Assembly: GCA_013239625.1 (NCBI GenBank)
Contig: MU054187.1
Coordinates: forward strand, 21,765,280 to 21,829,279
Direction: 5' to 3'
Source of the DNA: Lama guanicoe
Taxonomy: Eukaryota
DNA: 64,000 bases
Shown here in pieces: positions 13,167-26,104 of the stretch; positions within the stretch are counted from its first letter, which is position 1; the number at the start of each line of letters is the position of its first letter. The notes beneath the pieces were generated by a model. The model had not been told where the DNA came from. It did not search any database and saw only the letters and a list, made by a program, of their open reading frames with translations. The translations under genes were made by a program, and so were the position numbers.

Positions 13167-14428
13167 GTGAGAAGCCACGGATCTCATTGAATAACTAGTC
13201 AACCAGGTTGGATCAAGCGTTTCAGCGATGGAGTAGACATTCTACCATTTTTAAATAGTAAACTAGTTCTAGGTTTAATGTTTTCTTTTGACATAAATAT
13301 TAAAATATTATATATTAATTTATAATTCATCTGATGGTCCAATACTCCCCCAGGGGCATTGTCTTATGGTTCCTTTTATTGTCCATTGATCGCTTTTATG
13401 AGAATAGCAAATGCGGCAGCAACAGCAAGAGAAGCAGGAGTAAGAGCTGAGATCTTGGGAAGCAACTCTGTATAATAGACTCTTCTGGATTCTCAATGTT
13501 TGGAGATGCAGGACAGGGTAAGGTTCAAGTTCCCAGTGCTTGAAGCACTAGTTTTACCACAGTGGTTTGTTGTCCCAAAGGCACTGAGCATTTTTTAAAG
13601 ACTTTGTTATATTTCCCTTTGTCAGATATTCACATGTGGTCAGACAGAAATCACTATTGTAACATCTGAGGGTGGGTGGGGCCACTCAGCTCCCACTGCG
13701 ACCACATTCTTTAGGGCGTGCGCTTCCCTTATACCACCGACTGTGCGTGTGATGTAACTTGCTGCACTGGACTCGGGGAGGCTTGGGGCAGAGTGGGGAC
13801 TGGCATGTGTGGCCGCAGTCCTTCCCTTTGGTCCCCAGTCTGGTGGGATCCAAGTGGGGCAAGAGATTATACTTTAGCCCTGGAGGACTTGAAACCTTCA
13901 GGTAGATTCAGGACACCCCTAATCACGAAAGAAAATATATATATATAAAGGATTCTTCTCATGATGATATATCACCTTGATTCAAGACCTCAAACCATTT
14001 TAGGCTGAAACTAGGTGATGTTTTCCGTTAATGTTTTGATGTCACAATGGTCGGTGTGGATCTAGGGTCTGAAAGTCACGTCTGGTTTAACAGTGCAGGT
14101 GTCAGGGTAAGAGTTTCCTCAGCAAGGCTTCTCCCAAGTTAACCTGCATCCTACTTGTTCATAAAGCAGAAGAAGTATGAAGTGGTTACTGCTAGTTTTG
14201 GAGTCAAAGTTGTAGTTCAGCCAGGGAGCCCTGTAACATTATCCTGTTTAGATTTTTCGGGCGTGATAAGGCTGGCAGGTGAAAGGCATCCTCGGTGCAG
14301 AACAATCACTGCTTGTTCTCTGCTGGCTTAGGGTTTTCAATAAAAGAATTTAAAAACAGTGACTAAATGAAGTGATTCAGACCTGATCTTCTCCAGTAAC
14401 CATGTCTTCTGAAATTTCCTGTTTTCAG

Positions 14429-14491
14429 GTTGGTGAACATAATTCTCAGCTTCAAAAGATTACTGACATTTTGGAGTTGATCAAAGAAAAG
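14429..14491 (+). CDS. CA13: Carbonic anhydrase 13, coding exon 5
   Basis: ttttcag| acceptor and AAG|gtaaaa donor. The 63 nt read VGEHNSQLQKITDILELIKEK. Confidence 0.96.
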
Positions 14492-15000
14492 GTAAAATTA
14501 ATTTCTCTTTATTAGTAACTAATATATTCCTTGATTTCACCTGAATTCTCTTCTCTGCTTTTAAAAAACTTAGACATAGCATATGCTGCCTGCTTTGAAG
14601 CAGGTTTGGAACATACTTGACCAACAGAGCAGAAATAATTTATTACCATTTATCTCTTGAAAATTATGAAGGGGTCTTAAATGATCTAAAATCAGTAATA
14701 AATTTATGCAGCGTTAGTTTCTTTTGTTGACGTTTTGCAGAATAAGCGTTTAGTTGCAACACTTATAAAAAACCACTTACATGTAATAAATCTTGTGCTT
14801 CTTAATCGAGGTGACACACTACCTCATCTAAAATTTTTAGATTAAAGCATATACTTTTTTTTAAGATATGAAAAGCAGATACTAAATAATTCCATGCATT
14901 AAGGAATTCTATGAAATAATATTAACATGGTGCATGCTTTTCTGAGGTCTGTGTAAAGCTTCCCCGTTGTAATTGGTGGGAGTTCTCTTTTCTTCCTCAG

Positions 15001-15156
15001 GGTAAACAAACTCGATTCACGAATTTTGACCCGTTATCTCTGCTTCCTCCATCCTGGGATTACTGGACGTATCCTGGTTCCCTTACAGTCCCGCCTCTTC
15101 TAGAGAGCGTCACGTGGATCGTTTTAAAACAGCCTATAAGCATCAGCTCTCAACAG
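15001..15156 (+). CDS. CA13: Carbonic anhydrase 13, coding exon 6
   Basis: cctcag| acceptor and CAG|gtacgt donor. The 156 nt read [52 protein letters not shown], with Thr199 and the CA13-typical Val200. Confidence 0.97.
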
Positions 15157-15889
15157 GTACGTCGTTTCTTCCACGTTGATCCTGATTCACTAGGGGAAAC
15201 TTGGCTGAATCTTGTTTGTTTTTTAAAACCCTGCCCTTTTAATTTCTGCTGTGTTGTGAAGCCTGTGTTTTCCCTTCATTAATCAGATGTGGGGTTGGAC
15301 CAGATGAGATTTATGTCTCTTTTTCATTTTACCTTCTATGATTAGGTGATTTCTTTCCCATTTCTTAGAAATGTAATGCGCATACATCACTGATGCGAGT
15401 GAAACCACTTTTAGGGCTGCACACGTTTGCTTCTGTTTTCTTTGGTTTGGTCTGAGATATTAACAGGCTGGGATACAAATGGGGAGATCAGGAGCGAGGC
15501 TCCTCTCAGAAGGTGAAATTCTCTTTTGTGACCTCCATCCCTGGACCTGCTTCTACGGATTTCACATCAGAAAGTGAGCAGTGAGAGCAGTCGCGGGCGT
15601 AGACACGCGTGTGCCTGCTAAGTTTAAGAAGCCGGTCTGATCTCTGGGCTTTGTTGACAAACCTTTTGTGAGGCTGCTTGAAGAAGGGCTTTAGGCATCT
15701 GCTAAGAGGCTGTGGGTGGCCACCTGCGCTCTTCTTGGGACGAAGTTTCCTTACTCGTTTTTCTGATAAATGCTCACAGAGCCCCCGCAGTCGGCTGGCC
15801 AAGCAGTCTGCAGGATCAGGATGTCTTTGATGCCCAGAAGCTCTGGTCAGAGCTCTGCACCCACCATGTGATTAGCCAGTCTGCCAGGT

Positions 15890-16279
15890 GGATGCTGTAT
15901 GCTCTGGGATGCCGTGTGCTCTGGGGTGCCATGGGCTCTGGGATGCTGTATGCTCTGGGGTGCTGTGGGCTCTGGGGTGTCGTGGGCTCTGGGGTGCCGT
16001 GGGCTCTGGGATGCTGTGGGCTCTGGTATGCTGTGCATCTGGGGTGCTGTGCGCTCTGGGGTGCCATGGGCTCTGGGGTGCCATGGGCTCTGGGGTGCCG
16101 TGGGCTCTGGGATGCTGTGGGCTCTGGTATGCTGTGCATCTGGGGTGCTGTGCGCTCTGGGGTGCCATGGGCTCTGGGGTGCCATGGGCTCTGGGGTGCC
16201 GTGGGCTCTGGGATGCTGTGGGCTCTGGTATGCTGTGCATCTGGGGTGCTGTGCGCTCTGGGGTGCCGTGGACTCTGGG
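15890..16279. repeat. G-rich minisatellite with a 17-bp unit (about gctctggggtgccgtgg), about 23 copies, and a 101-bp higher-order period
   Basis: Read directly. The variant ctctggtatg recurs at 16021, 16122 and 16223. Confidence 0.95.
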
Positions 16280-16324
16280 AAACAGACTTCTTTCTCTGAC
16301 AAGGATATTTCACAACATGTCTTT
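16279..16324 (+). repeat. Arm 1 of a perfect 46-bp inverted repeat (partner at 24499-24544)
   Basis: gaaacagacttctttctctgacaaggatatttcacaacatgtcttt is the exact reverse complement of 24499-24544. Confidence 0.95.
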
Positions 16325-17224
16325 TCCATCTGTCTCGCTGTGTATATCTCTCCCCCCGTCAAAGACTAGAGCTGGTTCGCCTTTGTCAAGGTCGTGTCAG
16401 GTAGCGCTTCCCCCCCGGGGTGCTGAACACAGCCGACTTCTGTCCACCTTGTCTTTAGGGTGAAAGACAAGTGATAATCTTGGACTGATTTACTAAAATA
16501 TTTTATAAAAGTCTGGGTGAAAATCCAGTACTTGACTGACCGGGAAATTCCTGTGAATTTTTTCCATCATCAGTAAGGTGAGTTGCATCAGGAGAAAATG
16601 ACCTGTCACGGGTCCAGGGGCTTTATCAATGGGGTTCATTTTTCTTCCCTTTATGTGCTAAACTGTACTTTTACATTCCTCTGTTAGATTTGAACAGGTT
16701 AATAGTAAGAGCTAATAAATTATAACATCTAGGTAGTAATAATGAGGGGATCATGTTTTCCCTCATATTTCAAGACTATCTTCATTCCTTAAAACCACTT
16801 GGAAAATGACTTTTTTTTTTCAATCCGCCTGTAATTTAGAAGAAACTATATCAAAATACATAATTTAATTTCATAAAATGCATAAATTACCTAGTAAAAA
16901 ATAACTCCCTGCAATTTTTGGAATTACGACTGCCTAGCTGTAGATTCATTATTGCATCTTATTTGAAGCTCAATTAATTAATGTTATTAATGTGGTTTTT
17001 ATACAGTAGAGTATATAAAATAATAGCTATATTTTAGAGCGTTAATGTGACTGGTAATTCACTTTGAAACATTCATTTAAATCTACTGTAGATTTCAGGA
17101 ATTTTTATTTTAAACTAGATTGAATGATTATCTGAGTAATACTCCAGATTATTATGATATGATGTTATGGTGATTTTTAAGAGTTAAAGAAGGAAGCAAA
17201 AGGTATTTTAGAAGTCAGTTGCAT

Positions 17225-17630
17225 TCTAACCATGAGGAAAACATCAGACAATGCCCAGTTGAGGGACAGTCTACAAAATACCTGATCCGTAGTCCTCAGA
17301 ACGGTCAGGGTCACCAAAAATAAGGTAAGCCTGAGAAACTCATAATCAGGAAATTCTCGAGGAGATATCAAAACTAAATACGATGCTGTTTCCTGGTGGG
17401 ATCCTGGAACAGAAAAAGATACTAGGTAAAACAAAGAAAATCTGAAAAATGGGTGAGCTTCAGTTAATGATAACACATTAATATTGTTTTGTTAATTATG
17501 AAAAATGTACCATACTAATGCAAGATGTTAATAATAGGAGAAACAGTGTGGGGTATATGAGAACTAATTATACTATCTTGGCAATAATTCCGCGAATCTA
17601 AAACTGTCGTAAAATAAAAAAAATATATAT
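17225..17630 (+). mobile_element. Older L1 (L1MC/MD-like) 3' region
   Basis: catgaggaaaacatcagacaa...gggatcctggaacagaaaaag...tctaaaactgt, then an A-rich end. Confidence 0.65.
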
Positions 17631-17666
17631 TTAAGAAATCCAAAACATGAGAGGGTGGATAAGATT

Positions 17667-17827
17667 ATTTTTATTTTTTTCTAAATTGAAGTAGAGTTGA
17701 TTTACAATGTTGTGCTATTTCTGGTGTACAGCATAGTGATTCAGTTAGACATAAATATATATTCATTTTCATATTATTTTTTCATTATAGGCTATTACAA
17801 GATATCGAATATAGTTCCCTGTGCTAT
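17667..17827 (-). mobile_element. L1 3'-end fragment
   Basis: ttgaagtagagttgatttacaatgttgtg...gaatatagttccctgtgcta. Confidence 0.8.
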
Positions 17828-19036
17828 TTGATTGCTTAGTTCTTTTATATAAAGTAAAACAAAAATGTCTTCTGTGTGTACCACTGACAAGTGTTACTTT
17901 CTAAATGATAAATTTTAACCCCAATTTTTGCAGCTTTTTATTTTTGAAGTCACTGGGAAACATTGCTTTATTGATTTCCAATGCCCCTATATAATGTCAT
18001 TAGCTGTGAAGATGAAATTCTCTTTTTAGTAAGTTGGTGCCAATTTTTTTCTGTTTTTTTCTGCTGCTATTTCTTGCCAAGTCACTGTTTGACCTAAAGG
18101 GAAAATCAGATGGTTTCCATTTTCCTTTCCTTGATTCAAGTCCATTTTTCTCCCCAGAGTCATTTACTGAAATGCTTGGTTTAACTGCCAGGCCAGTAAA
18201 CAGATACACTGGGTTTTGATACTTCCAGTAACAGGTCTGTCACTTTCTGGAAGGCTGACTTTTCTTGCCAGGTCTCTCTGGTTTATCCCAGATTATCTAA
18301 ATTGGCTTACTCATCTACAGAAATTCAGTGGGCAGAATGTTTGGCTTTAATTCTGTGCTCTTTTTTGTTTTTCTAAAAAAAAGTTCTCCTTTTGGTTTAT
18401 TGCGATATTTGCATACAATAAAAGTCATGACGTGTAGTGTGTGGTTGATGATTTTGGTTATTGTGTGTTACCATGCGATATCTGTTACAGTCAAGACATA
18501 GACTACAGCCCCTTTTCTTTCAGATGCTCTGGGACCGCCCTACACAAAACTGGCTTAGAGTGGGACCTGTGTGTGGAAGGATTAGGAGATAATCTAGAAG
18601 GATTAGTTGGAACTGGGTGGTCAGGAGGCTTAGGAGCTACTCTCACAAGTTTGTTTTAGGACCTTAATAGGATCAGGATTAGAAATGTTACATATTTTAG
18701 AGAGATGTTTACACCTGAAATGATATGATATTTGGACTTTGTTTCAAAATAATACAGTTTGGGCAGGATGGGAGAGGGAGAGAGAGGATAGGTGAGAATG
18801 TGGATGAAACAAAATTGGCCATGTGCTTGTGGCTGCTGAAGCTGGGTGATGGTTATTTACGCTGCTCTGTCTACCTTTGTGTAGATCTGAAAGTTTCCAT
18901 AATAAAAAGTCAATAAGAAGAAATTAGGGGGAAATGGAAAAAAGAAAAAGAAAAGGAAGAAAAGAAACAGAAAAGAGAAAAACTGTTAGAGATGCAGTAT
19001 GCTGTGATTAAGTGCATGGCTTCTTTGCCAGATGGC

Positions 19037-19337
19037 TTTTTTTTTTCTTCCTTTCTTTTTTATTGAAGTATAGTCAGCTTACAATGCTGTGTTAATTTCT
19101 AATGTACAGCATAGTTATTCAGTTGTACATATATATATTCCTTTTCGTATTCTTTTTCATTATAGGCTATTACAAGATATTGAATATAGGCCCCTATGCT
19201 ATACAGTAAGACCTTGTTGTTTATCTGTTTTATATACAGTAGTGTGTATCTGCTAATCTCTAACTCCTAGTTTTTCCCTTCCCACCCTCCCCTTCCCCCC
19301 TGGTAACCGTAAGTTTGTCTTCTGTGTGAGTCTGTTC
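19037..19337 (-). mobile_element. L1 3'-end fragment, inserted in a MIR-like remnant
   Basis: Same L1 3'UTR motifs as 12062-12250, extending further 5'. Confidence 0.8.
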
Positions 19338-21489
19338 CAGATAGCTCATTGATGGAAACTTCCCAGCAACCCCTCAAGTTCATCTTTAAATGGGGATAGT
19401 AGTGCATTGTTGAAAGGCCTGTTTGGGGGGTTACATGAGATACGGGATGTAACCCATTTAGCATAGTACCTGGCTCACCGTGTTCCGTAAGTGAGAGCTC
19501 ATTTTTATTATTTCTCAACTAATCAAAGCTGTTTCCAAAACATTAGAAAGGGTATTTCTGCTTACCGAGGTTACTACAGTAGAAATTTAAACTTTCAGTA
19601 TTAGAGCCGAAGAAAACAGCACAACAGGTCGTACCTACCCCAGCCTTCACACCGAGCTGGGGAGATTCTACCCAGGAGCTGGGGAGATTCTGGGTCACCC
19701 TTAGGGGCAGAGGGACAGATTTGCTCCCTGAACGAAGCCAGGGGCTGGTATGAGACTGGCACGGGCCTGTTGAGCTTGTGCACTTTGAGGCTGGCGCAGT
19801 GGTGGAGGACAACCACAGCCAAGAGAAGGCAGTTTAAGCGGGGCCTGGCAGGTGACGGGTCCACCTAGCAGGGCTGAGTGATCGAGAGGAAGGTATGGAG
19901 ACAAAAGGGGAAGGGGTTTGCTGAGACATCAGGAGAGTTCAGAGACTCCTACCAAAATGGGCAGGCTGGTCAGGGAAAGATCCTGAGCATGCTCCAGTGC
20001 TAGACCAGCGAGGCCAAGGTGGTGCAGAGGGAGGGCGCCACGATCAGCTTACAGAGGAGTCCAAGGGGTGAGGGGCTTCAGAAAGCCAAGATCTTTAGAG
20101 GAGTCAGCAGTTTGCCTGGGAGGCCAGCTGTGCTTGGGGAGGCTGGTGAGTCAGTGCTCTGATCTGGGACTCAGGGTTCCTGTACAGCCACCGGGAGTGG
20201 CCGCTCCAGACAGACCTGGATTACCATGCTCTGCAGAAGGCTGGATGTCTTCCCTGTGGCTCCGGAGGTTAGATTTTATCAGCCTCTTCTACTTGACTTT
20301 GTCAGAGATTTACTTAAAGTGCCGTCTGGCTTTAGCCATCATGATCCAGTCTAATGAGACACGAGTCATGCAAGTTGTGAATATTTGTCCTTATCCTTCC
20401 CGTTTCTATACTCTTTTATGAGACACCTCAAAATATCACATGGCTGCTTGTATATCATGCCTGAACTTATCTCCAAAGAGCGTGGTTGTAAACCATTGCT
20501 TGTTTGTCGTGAAGGACCCCCATCACCTCTGCCTCCCACCCTGGCTAGTACTGGAAGAGAAACATTAGGCTTCAGTTAAACGATGATGATGGAAATGTAA
20601 GGGACGTGTCCTAGTCTGAATTTCCTTGACTCTTCGATGAGGTGCCTAGGAAAGCTTAGGGGATGGAGGCTCTCATTCTCCACAATTTAATCATTTATGC
20701 TCACTCAAAACAGCAAAGCAAATGCCAAAAACATCCTTGATTGGCAGTATGTTTTTGGCGAATGTTTTTGAGACAGTAGAATTATTCTGGTAATTTGCCC
20801 CTGTCTTCATTTTACTACTATAGACCTGTGGCAAATCTTAAAAAAAAAATTAAATCATTAAGAAATCACTAAATAATTTATAAAACATGCTTATAATAAA
20901 ACACTTTTTAGCAATTAAAAGTAGTGACGGATTTATATGCGTTGACATGCGAAGGACATATATTAAGTGAAAATATAAAGTTTCAAAAGAGTACATATTG
21001 TTGAGCTTAATTTGCAATAAAATGTGTCAGGTGGGTGCAGGGGCACATGTGCATGTGTGTTTATACGTAGAGAAGCATCTGGAAAGATACACTCCCTAAT
21101 GCTAACAGTGGTTATGTTTTGTGATGTGATTACTAGTAATTTCTGTTTTCTCGATACTTTGTGTATTACATGAAATTTATAAGATAAGTAAGTAGTATTT
21201 TGTGTGTGTGATCATGAAGGGAGGCCCTTGTGATGAGAAGTAAACCTGTATCACTTAAATTGCGTTTAAATATTATCAGTTGCTGAAGGGGCCTAGGCTC
21301 TTTCCACAGTTAGTTGTTTGCAAGGCACAAATACGGTGAAGAAAAATCACTGTTTAAGGAAAACAATGCACAAAAGATGAAAATTATTCAGGATGAATAC
21401 CATATGGTTCCTGTGAAAATTTGGGGTGTTATACTGGGGTGCTTGTAAGTGTTCAGTGTAATTCCAAGAGCTGGAGGACAGCTATTGAG

Positions 21490-21640
21490 GTAATCAAATC
21501 CTTAGCACTTCATAGATGAGGAAACTGGAGACTAGAGACAATAAAAGATCTTCCCAAGGTCACACAGCTGGCCGGAAGCAGCACCAGGACTGGGCCTCAG
21601 CGTGGGAAGCCCTGTGCACCGTCCCATTCTGCCTTTGTAG
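21490..21640 (-). mobile_element. MIR SINE remnant
   Basis: tagatgaggaaactggagac...cccaaggtcacacagct. Confidence 0.6.
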
Positions 21641-21679
21641 TGACATTCTCTGATTTCCAGATATGTGCTCTCTATTTAT

Positions 21680-22172
21680 TTTTTAGATTTTGTTTTTTAT
21701 TGACATGTAGTTGACTTACAGTATTAGTTTCAGGAGTACAGTAAAGCAGTTCAGGTATACATATACATACAAACATTTTTTTTCAGATTCCTTTCCTTTA
21801 TATGTTAATACAAGAAATTGAATATAGTTCCTTGTGCTATGCAGTAGGTCCTTGTTGTTTATCCATTTTATATATAGTGATGTGTATCTGTTAATCCTAA
21901 AGTCCTAATTTATCCCCCACCCACTCTTTCTCCTTTGCTAACCACAGTTTGTTTTCTATGACCATAAGTCTTTTTGGTTTGTAAATAAGGTATGTGTCAC
22001 CTTTATTTAGATTCCACATATAAGCATATGATGTTTGTCTTTCTCTGTCTGACTTACTTCACTTAATATGATAATCTCTTGGTCCATCCATGTTGCTGCA
22101 AATGGCATTTTGTCATTCTTTTTTATGGCTGAGTAATATTCCATTGTACATATACACCACATCTTCTTTTTT
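21680..22172 (-). mobile_element. L1 3' fragment (3'UTR plus end of ORF2)
   Basis: tagattccacatataag...ccatccatgttgctgcaaatggc...gctgagtaatattccattg. Confidence 0.85.
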
Positions 22173-22471
22173 CAGTCTAGCTATATGCTCTTTAAGCCAC
22201 ATTCTGAATGTTGTTTCCTCTTACTACTTTGATCTTCAAATGAAGAATGCTTATATACTTAATTTTTGAACCCACAGGTGTTTGTATAGTGGTAAGAATT
22301 TAGCAGAAGAGTTGCTTTATGGTGTATGATCTATAACTTAAAACATCTTCATTGAAATATTTTTAGTTCATGGTAGAAGAAAGGTTATAGTTTTCTTTCT
22401 GTTTTTTTGAAATCATTCTTTTTTTTTCTTCCAGTTTTATTCAGATAAAATTGACATACTGCACTGTATGC

Positions 22472-22603
22472 TTTTTTTTTTTTTTTGGTGGGGGAGGTAA
22501 TTAGGTTTTATTTATTTATTTTTAATGGAGGTGTTGGGGATTGAACCCAGGACCTCATGCTTGCTAGGCACGTGCTCTGCCCCGGAGCTACATCCCCACC
22601 CCC
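22472..22603 (-). mobile_element. tRNA-derived SINE (vic-1-like)
   Basis: poly-T, ggggaggtaattaggttt, ggggattgaacccaggacctc. Confidence 0.85.
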
Positions 22604-22724
22604 TCACCCTCAGGAATGGGGGAGTGAGGCCCATTACAGGTTTCTTAACTTTCTGTGCAGTGCAGTTCATTGACATCAGTGTGACCGTCTATGCTAAAGC
22701 CAGCTCTTCATTCTTCCTCAACAG

Positions 22725-22844
22725 CTGGCCACATTCCGAACCCTCATGTGCACAGGGGAGGGCGAAGCGGCAGCTTTTCTGTTGAGCAATCACCGTCCAC
22801 CGCAGCCTCTGAAGGGTCGAACAGTGAGGGCCTCTTTCCACTGA
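22725..22844 (+). CDS. CA13: Carbonic anhydrase 13, terminal coding exon 7
   Basis: caacag| acceptor. Reads [39 protein letters not shown] and ends in TGA at 22842-22844. Confidence 0.97.
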   Translation: MATFRTLMCTGEGEAAAFLLSNHRPPQPLKGRTVRASFH

Positions 22845-23366
22845 AAGTTGTCACCGGTAGCCCACCGCAAACATGTCTGCGGAGAGAAAACAAAACAAAC
22901 ACAAGCATCCCTACCAGTGGGTCTTTCCTAGGATGCTCATTTCCGGGTGCCGTTTCGCTATCAGCTTCAGCACACGAAGAAGATCCGATCTTTTATATCA
23001 AACTAACTGAAGTCATCTGTGTCGGATTTGCACTCTGGCATCCAATCTGTAAATGTTGTTTGATGCGTCTTAAAACCCATGAAATGTATCTGCTTCAAGC
23101 TGCGTGACAACAGGGCGCCCGCTGCAAACCCCAGGATGTATTAAACGTGTTCCCTCGCCCTGGAAACTGATCAGTCACGACTCTCAGCGACGTTTGGTGA
23201 AAAACTTAAACTCATTCCCAGGGCGATACGATTGCGATACGTTTTTCCAAACAAGTGACTCAGCTTAATATCTTGATGTCATTACAAACCATAGAAAGTA
23301 GGTATTTCCTTTTAAGATGAATTTTCATGTGGGTTGTGTTGCTGATTCTCGTGGCATGACACCTTT

Positions 23367-23372
23367 AATAAA
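23367..23372 (+). terminator. Candidate proximal poly(A) signal of CA13
   Basis: AATAAA about 520 nt after the CA13 stop codon. Confidence 0.4.
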
Positions 23373-24498
23373 AGGAACAAAATGAGAGCTATGGGGGGTG
23401 GAATGTAGTGAATTAAAGCATCACCCCACAGCTCAAGATAACTTAATACAATCCTGGTGAGGGATTCCCCAGGATATAAATGGCTATTTAAACTTTAATG
23501 ATTTATGCTGTCTGTATCATTTACTCAATAATGTTAATGATAAACTGGCAGATAATTGATCAGACACAATGGCTGCCGATTTGTGGCATTAACATGGTCT
23601 GAAACTAGCAGATTGTAGGGTACCATGCAGGCAGAGCTCCCCAAGGGCATGAAGAACAGGTTGCCTAATTTTGCCCTGTGTTTTGGCAGCAGAGCAGGGA
23701 GCAGTCCTGTGAAGGTCATTGTTCTGTCAGTCGGTGGGGGAAAATGACTTGAATCGCATACATTATAATCAGTCCACAAACCCTTCAGCCCGTTTCCATG
23801 GCAACGCCCATCTGCCCTTTTACACAAGCCCCTCCGTCTCTCAAGTAATCCTGTAAGTTGGCTCTTCATATCCACTTTGACCTATCATCTCTTGTATATT
23901 TCTGTTTGTTTTTGGTGAAGGAGGGTGGGGGAACCCCTTCTGCTCTTTCTGGTACAAAAAAGAGTGAGACTAAGCATTAACTTAATAACCACATTTAAGA
24001 CTTGAAACACATGCTACATTTCTATCACCTTCTGAGAGTTTAGCCGAGTCTCCTTAGCTTTGATGATTTGCTTCAGGTACCTCTCTTCCTTGGGTTGTAG
24101 ATTTTAATAACTGAAAGTATTCTGTGGTAGTCTTCTTGATAAAATAACCAATTATCTGTCCATTGTGTAATGATGATGTACGTGGCTGCATAAGATGAGG
24201 TTTGCTTCTGTGTACCCTTCACAGTGTCTAGTTGGAGGTCTTGGAGGAGACTGACATGTAGTGAGTATTTAATTGTCTGAATATTTAAAAAAACTTTATT
24301 TTGGATCTTTGGTAATTATCTTGCTGCTTGCAATCAGATGTGCTGTATAAGTTCATGTAACAAGTAAAATGCAAGTTATCTCTTGAAAAAAAAATTTTTT
24401 TTAAGGGATACTCGTTAAATTTACCTGTGGAAGCAACCAGAAGTTCTAACGGTTTTAAAAATATCAGTGTTGAATGGGAAGGTATTTCTTTAGTTCGG

Positions 24499-24544
24499 AA
24501 AGACATGTTGTGAAATATCCTTGTCAGAGAAAGAAGTCTGTTTC
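24499..24544 (-). repeat. Arm 2 of a perfect 46-bp inverted repeat (partner at 16279-16324)
   Basis: aaagacatgttgtgaaatatccttgtcagagaaagaagtctgtttc. Confidence 0.95.
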
Positions 24545-25336
24545 TTCAGAGAGAGTGAGTTGCTATGTCTGGAGGGGTGTACAGGATGGGGATTCTAATG
24601 ACCCTGTAGGAAGGTTACCACTTTGTAATTTACGGTTTCTGCTACAGTATTCCACTGGTCCTCCGCTGCACATTGGACTTTGGCAGGCTAGAGAAGTCCA
24701 CACAGCACTGATTTCCTTGAAGATTGTCTGCTAAGTTACCTCTTAGAGGCGAAAGGTCTAAGTGTTACCTAAAGGTGTTATCTTTTGAAAAGATTGAAGT
24801 GTTGTAATTGCCAGTGTAGATATCTTTCCTTTCCCACGTGTATTGGATGTATATCTGTTAAGCATTCTGTATTTATAACTTAAACTGGATTCAACCCCAA
24901 TAAAGATAGTGAGACAAACTTCAAACTTGTGTATGCGAGCCACAGAATGAGATTACATTGTTCACACTCTTTATTTAGAAAATAAATTCCAGGCTCTTGA
25001 CTAACTACCACAAGTTGTTTTTATTTCAAATTTACTGAAGAATATTAAATCCTTTATGTTGAGGTTTCTTATACCCCTTGAAATGTAAACCCCCCTTAGA
25101 GGATAAATTTTTTAAGTCATTTACTGTTTAGTAGAACTTTTTTACATGACGAGTTTCCATGGGAATCAAGTCTGACGGAAGAATGTCAACACGCTACAAA
25201 AGAGTCAGTGGTCTGCATGTTGGGATCTCCCAGATGGACTCGAACTCCTTCACAGTTTTGCCTACACGCCTCCTTCCTGCCTATATCATAACACCTTGCA
25301 CCACGATTGATGTATGGCAAATACTTATTGTCGGGG

Positions 25337-25342
25337 AATAAA
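25337..25342 (+). terminator. Candidate distal poly(A) signal of CA13 (others at 24899 and 24981)
   Basis: AATAAA followed by T-rich sequence, near the end of a largely repeat-free block of about 2.5 kb downstream of the stop. Confidence 0.4.
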
Positions 25343-25909
25343 ATGCACTCTTTCTTGAGTTGAATTAATTGGAAATTTCTCTGATGTGGCTATGAACTCA
25401 CTTTCCTAAAGAGGAATAATAACCAGCAGAGATGCCCCCAGCTCCTGTCATGGGCTGAGAGACGTCTTCCTGCCCGACATGTCCTCATCACGTCCTTGCT
25501 TTACCATTGCCACCAGAATAAGTCATCCGGTGGGAGAAAGTGGGTACATTAAATGTTGCTCTTTCAAATGAATGGGTTTTCATTACAAGCACCTCTGTGT
25601 GGGGAGGAGGCCGGTTAGTCTTAGCTCTTCTGCTCACAGGGTGAGTTGCAGAACTCTGCGTTTGTGTCTCAAGGAGAGTAGATGAACCAGAGCTCAGCCC
25701 CACGTTCCTTACAGAAGGTATGACCTAGAAAGAAATGTTACACAGAGTATCTGTATGTTGACAGGGACTTCTGGAAATAACTACCCTTAGAAAGGTCATT
25801 CTAGATCTGTGGATGGAGTCCTGGAGGGTGGTGGAGGTACAGGAAACCTCTCTGAGGGCCCCAGACCCAAATTCATAATTAAATGTTATTGGCATTAAAA
25901 AACTATGGC

Positions 25910-26092
25910 ACATATAAAATAAACAACATCTTTCTTCTGTAGAGGACAGGGAACTATATTCAATATCTTGTAGTAACCTATAATGAAAAAGAATATGAAA
26001 AGGAATATATGTATGTATATGTAAGATTGAAACTTTATGCTGTACACCAGAAATTGACACACTGTAACTGACTATCCTTCAGTTAAAAAAAT
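25910..26092 (+). mobile_element. L1 3'-end fragment
   Basis: cagggaactatattcaatatcttgtagtaacctataatgaaaaag...ctgtacaccagaaattgacac. Confidence 0.8.
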
Positions 26093-26104
26093 AAAACACC
26101 CCAC

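Noticed and set aside
15712..16463. Six overlapping ORFs of 122-195 aa on both strands
   Set aside because: They are artefacts of the stop-free 17-bp minisatellite and translate as repeated peptides.
22525..23107. ORFs of 86 and 138 aa overlapping CA13 exon 7
   Set aside because: They are alternative frames over a real exon, and one starts inside a SINE.
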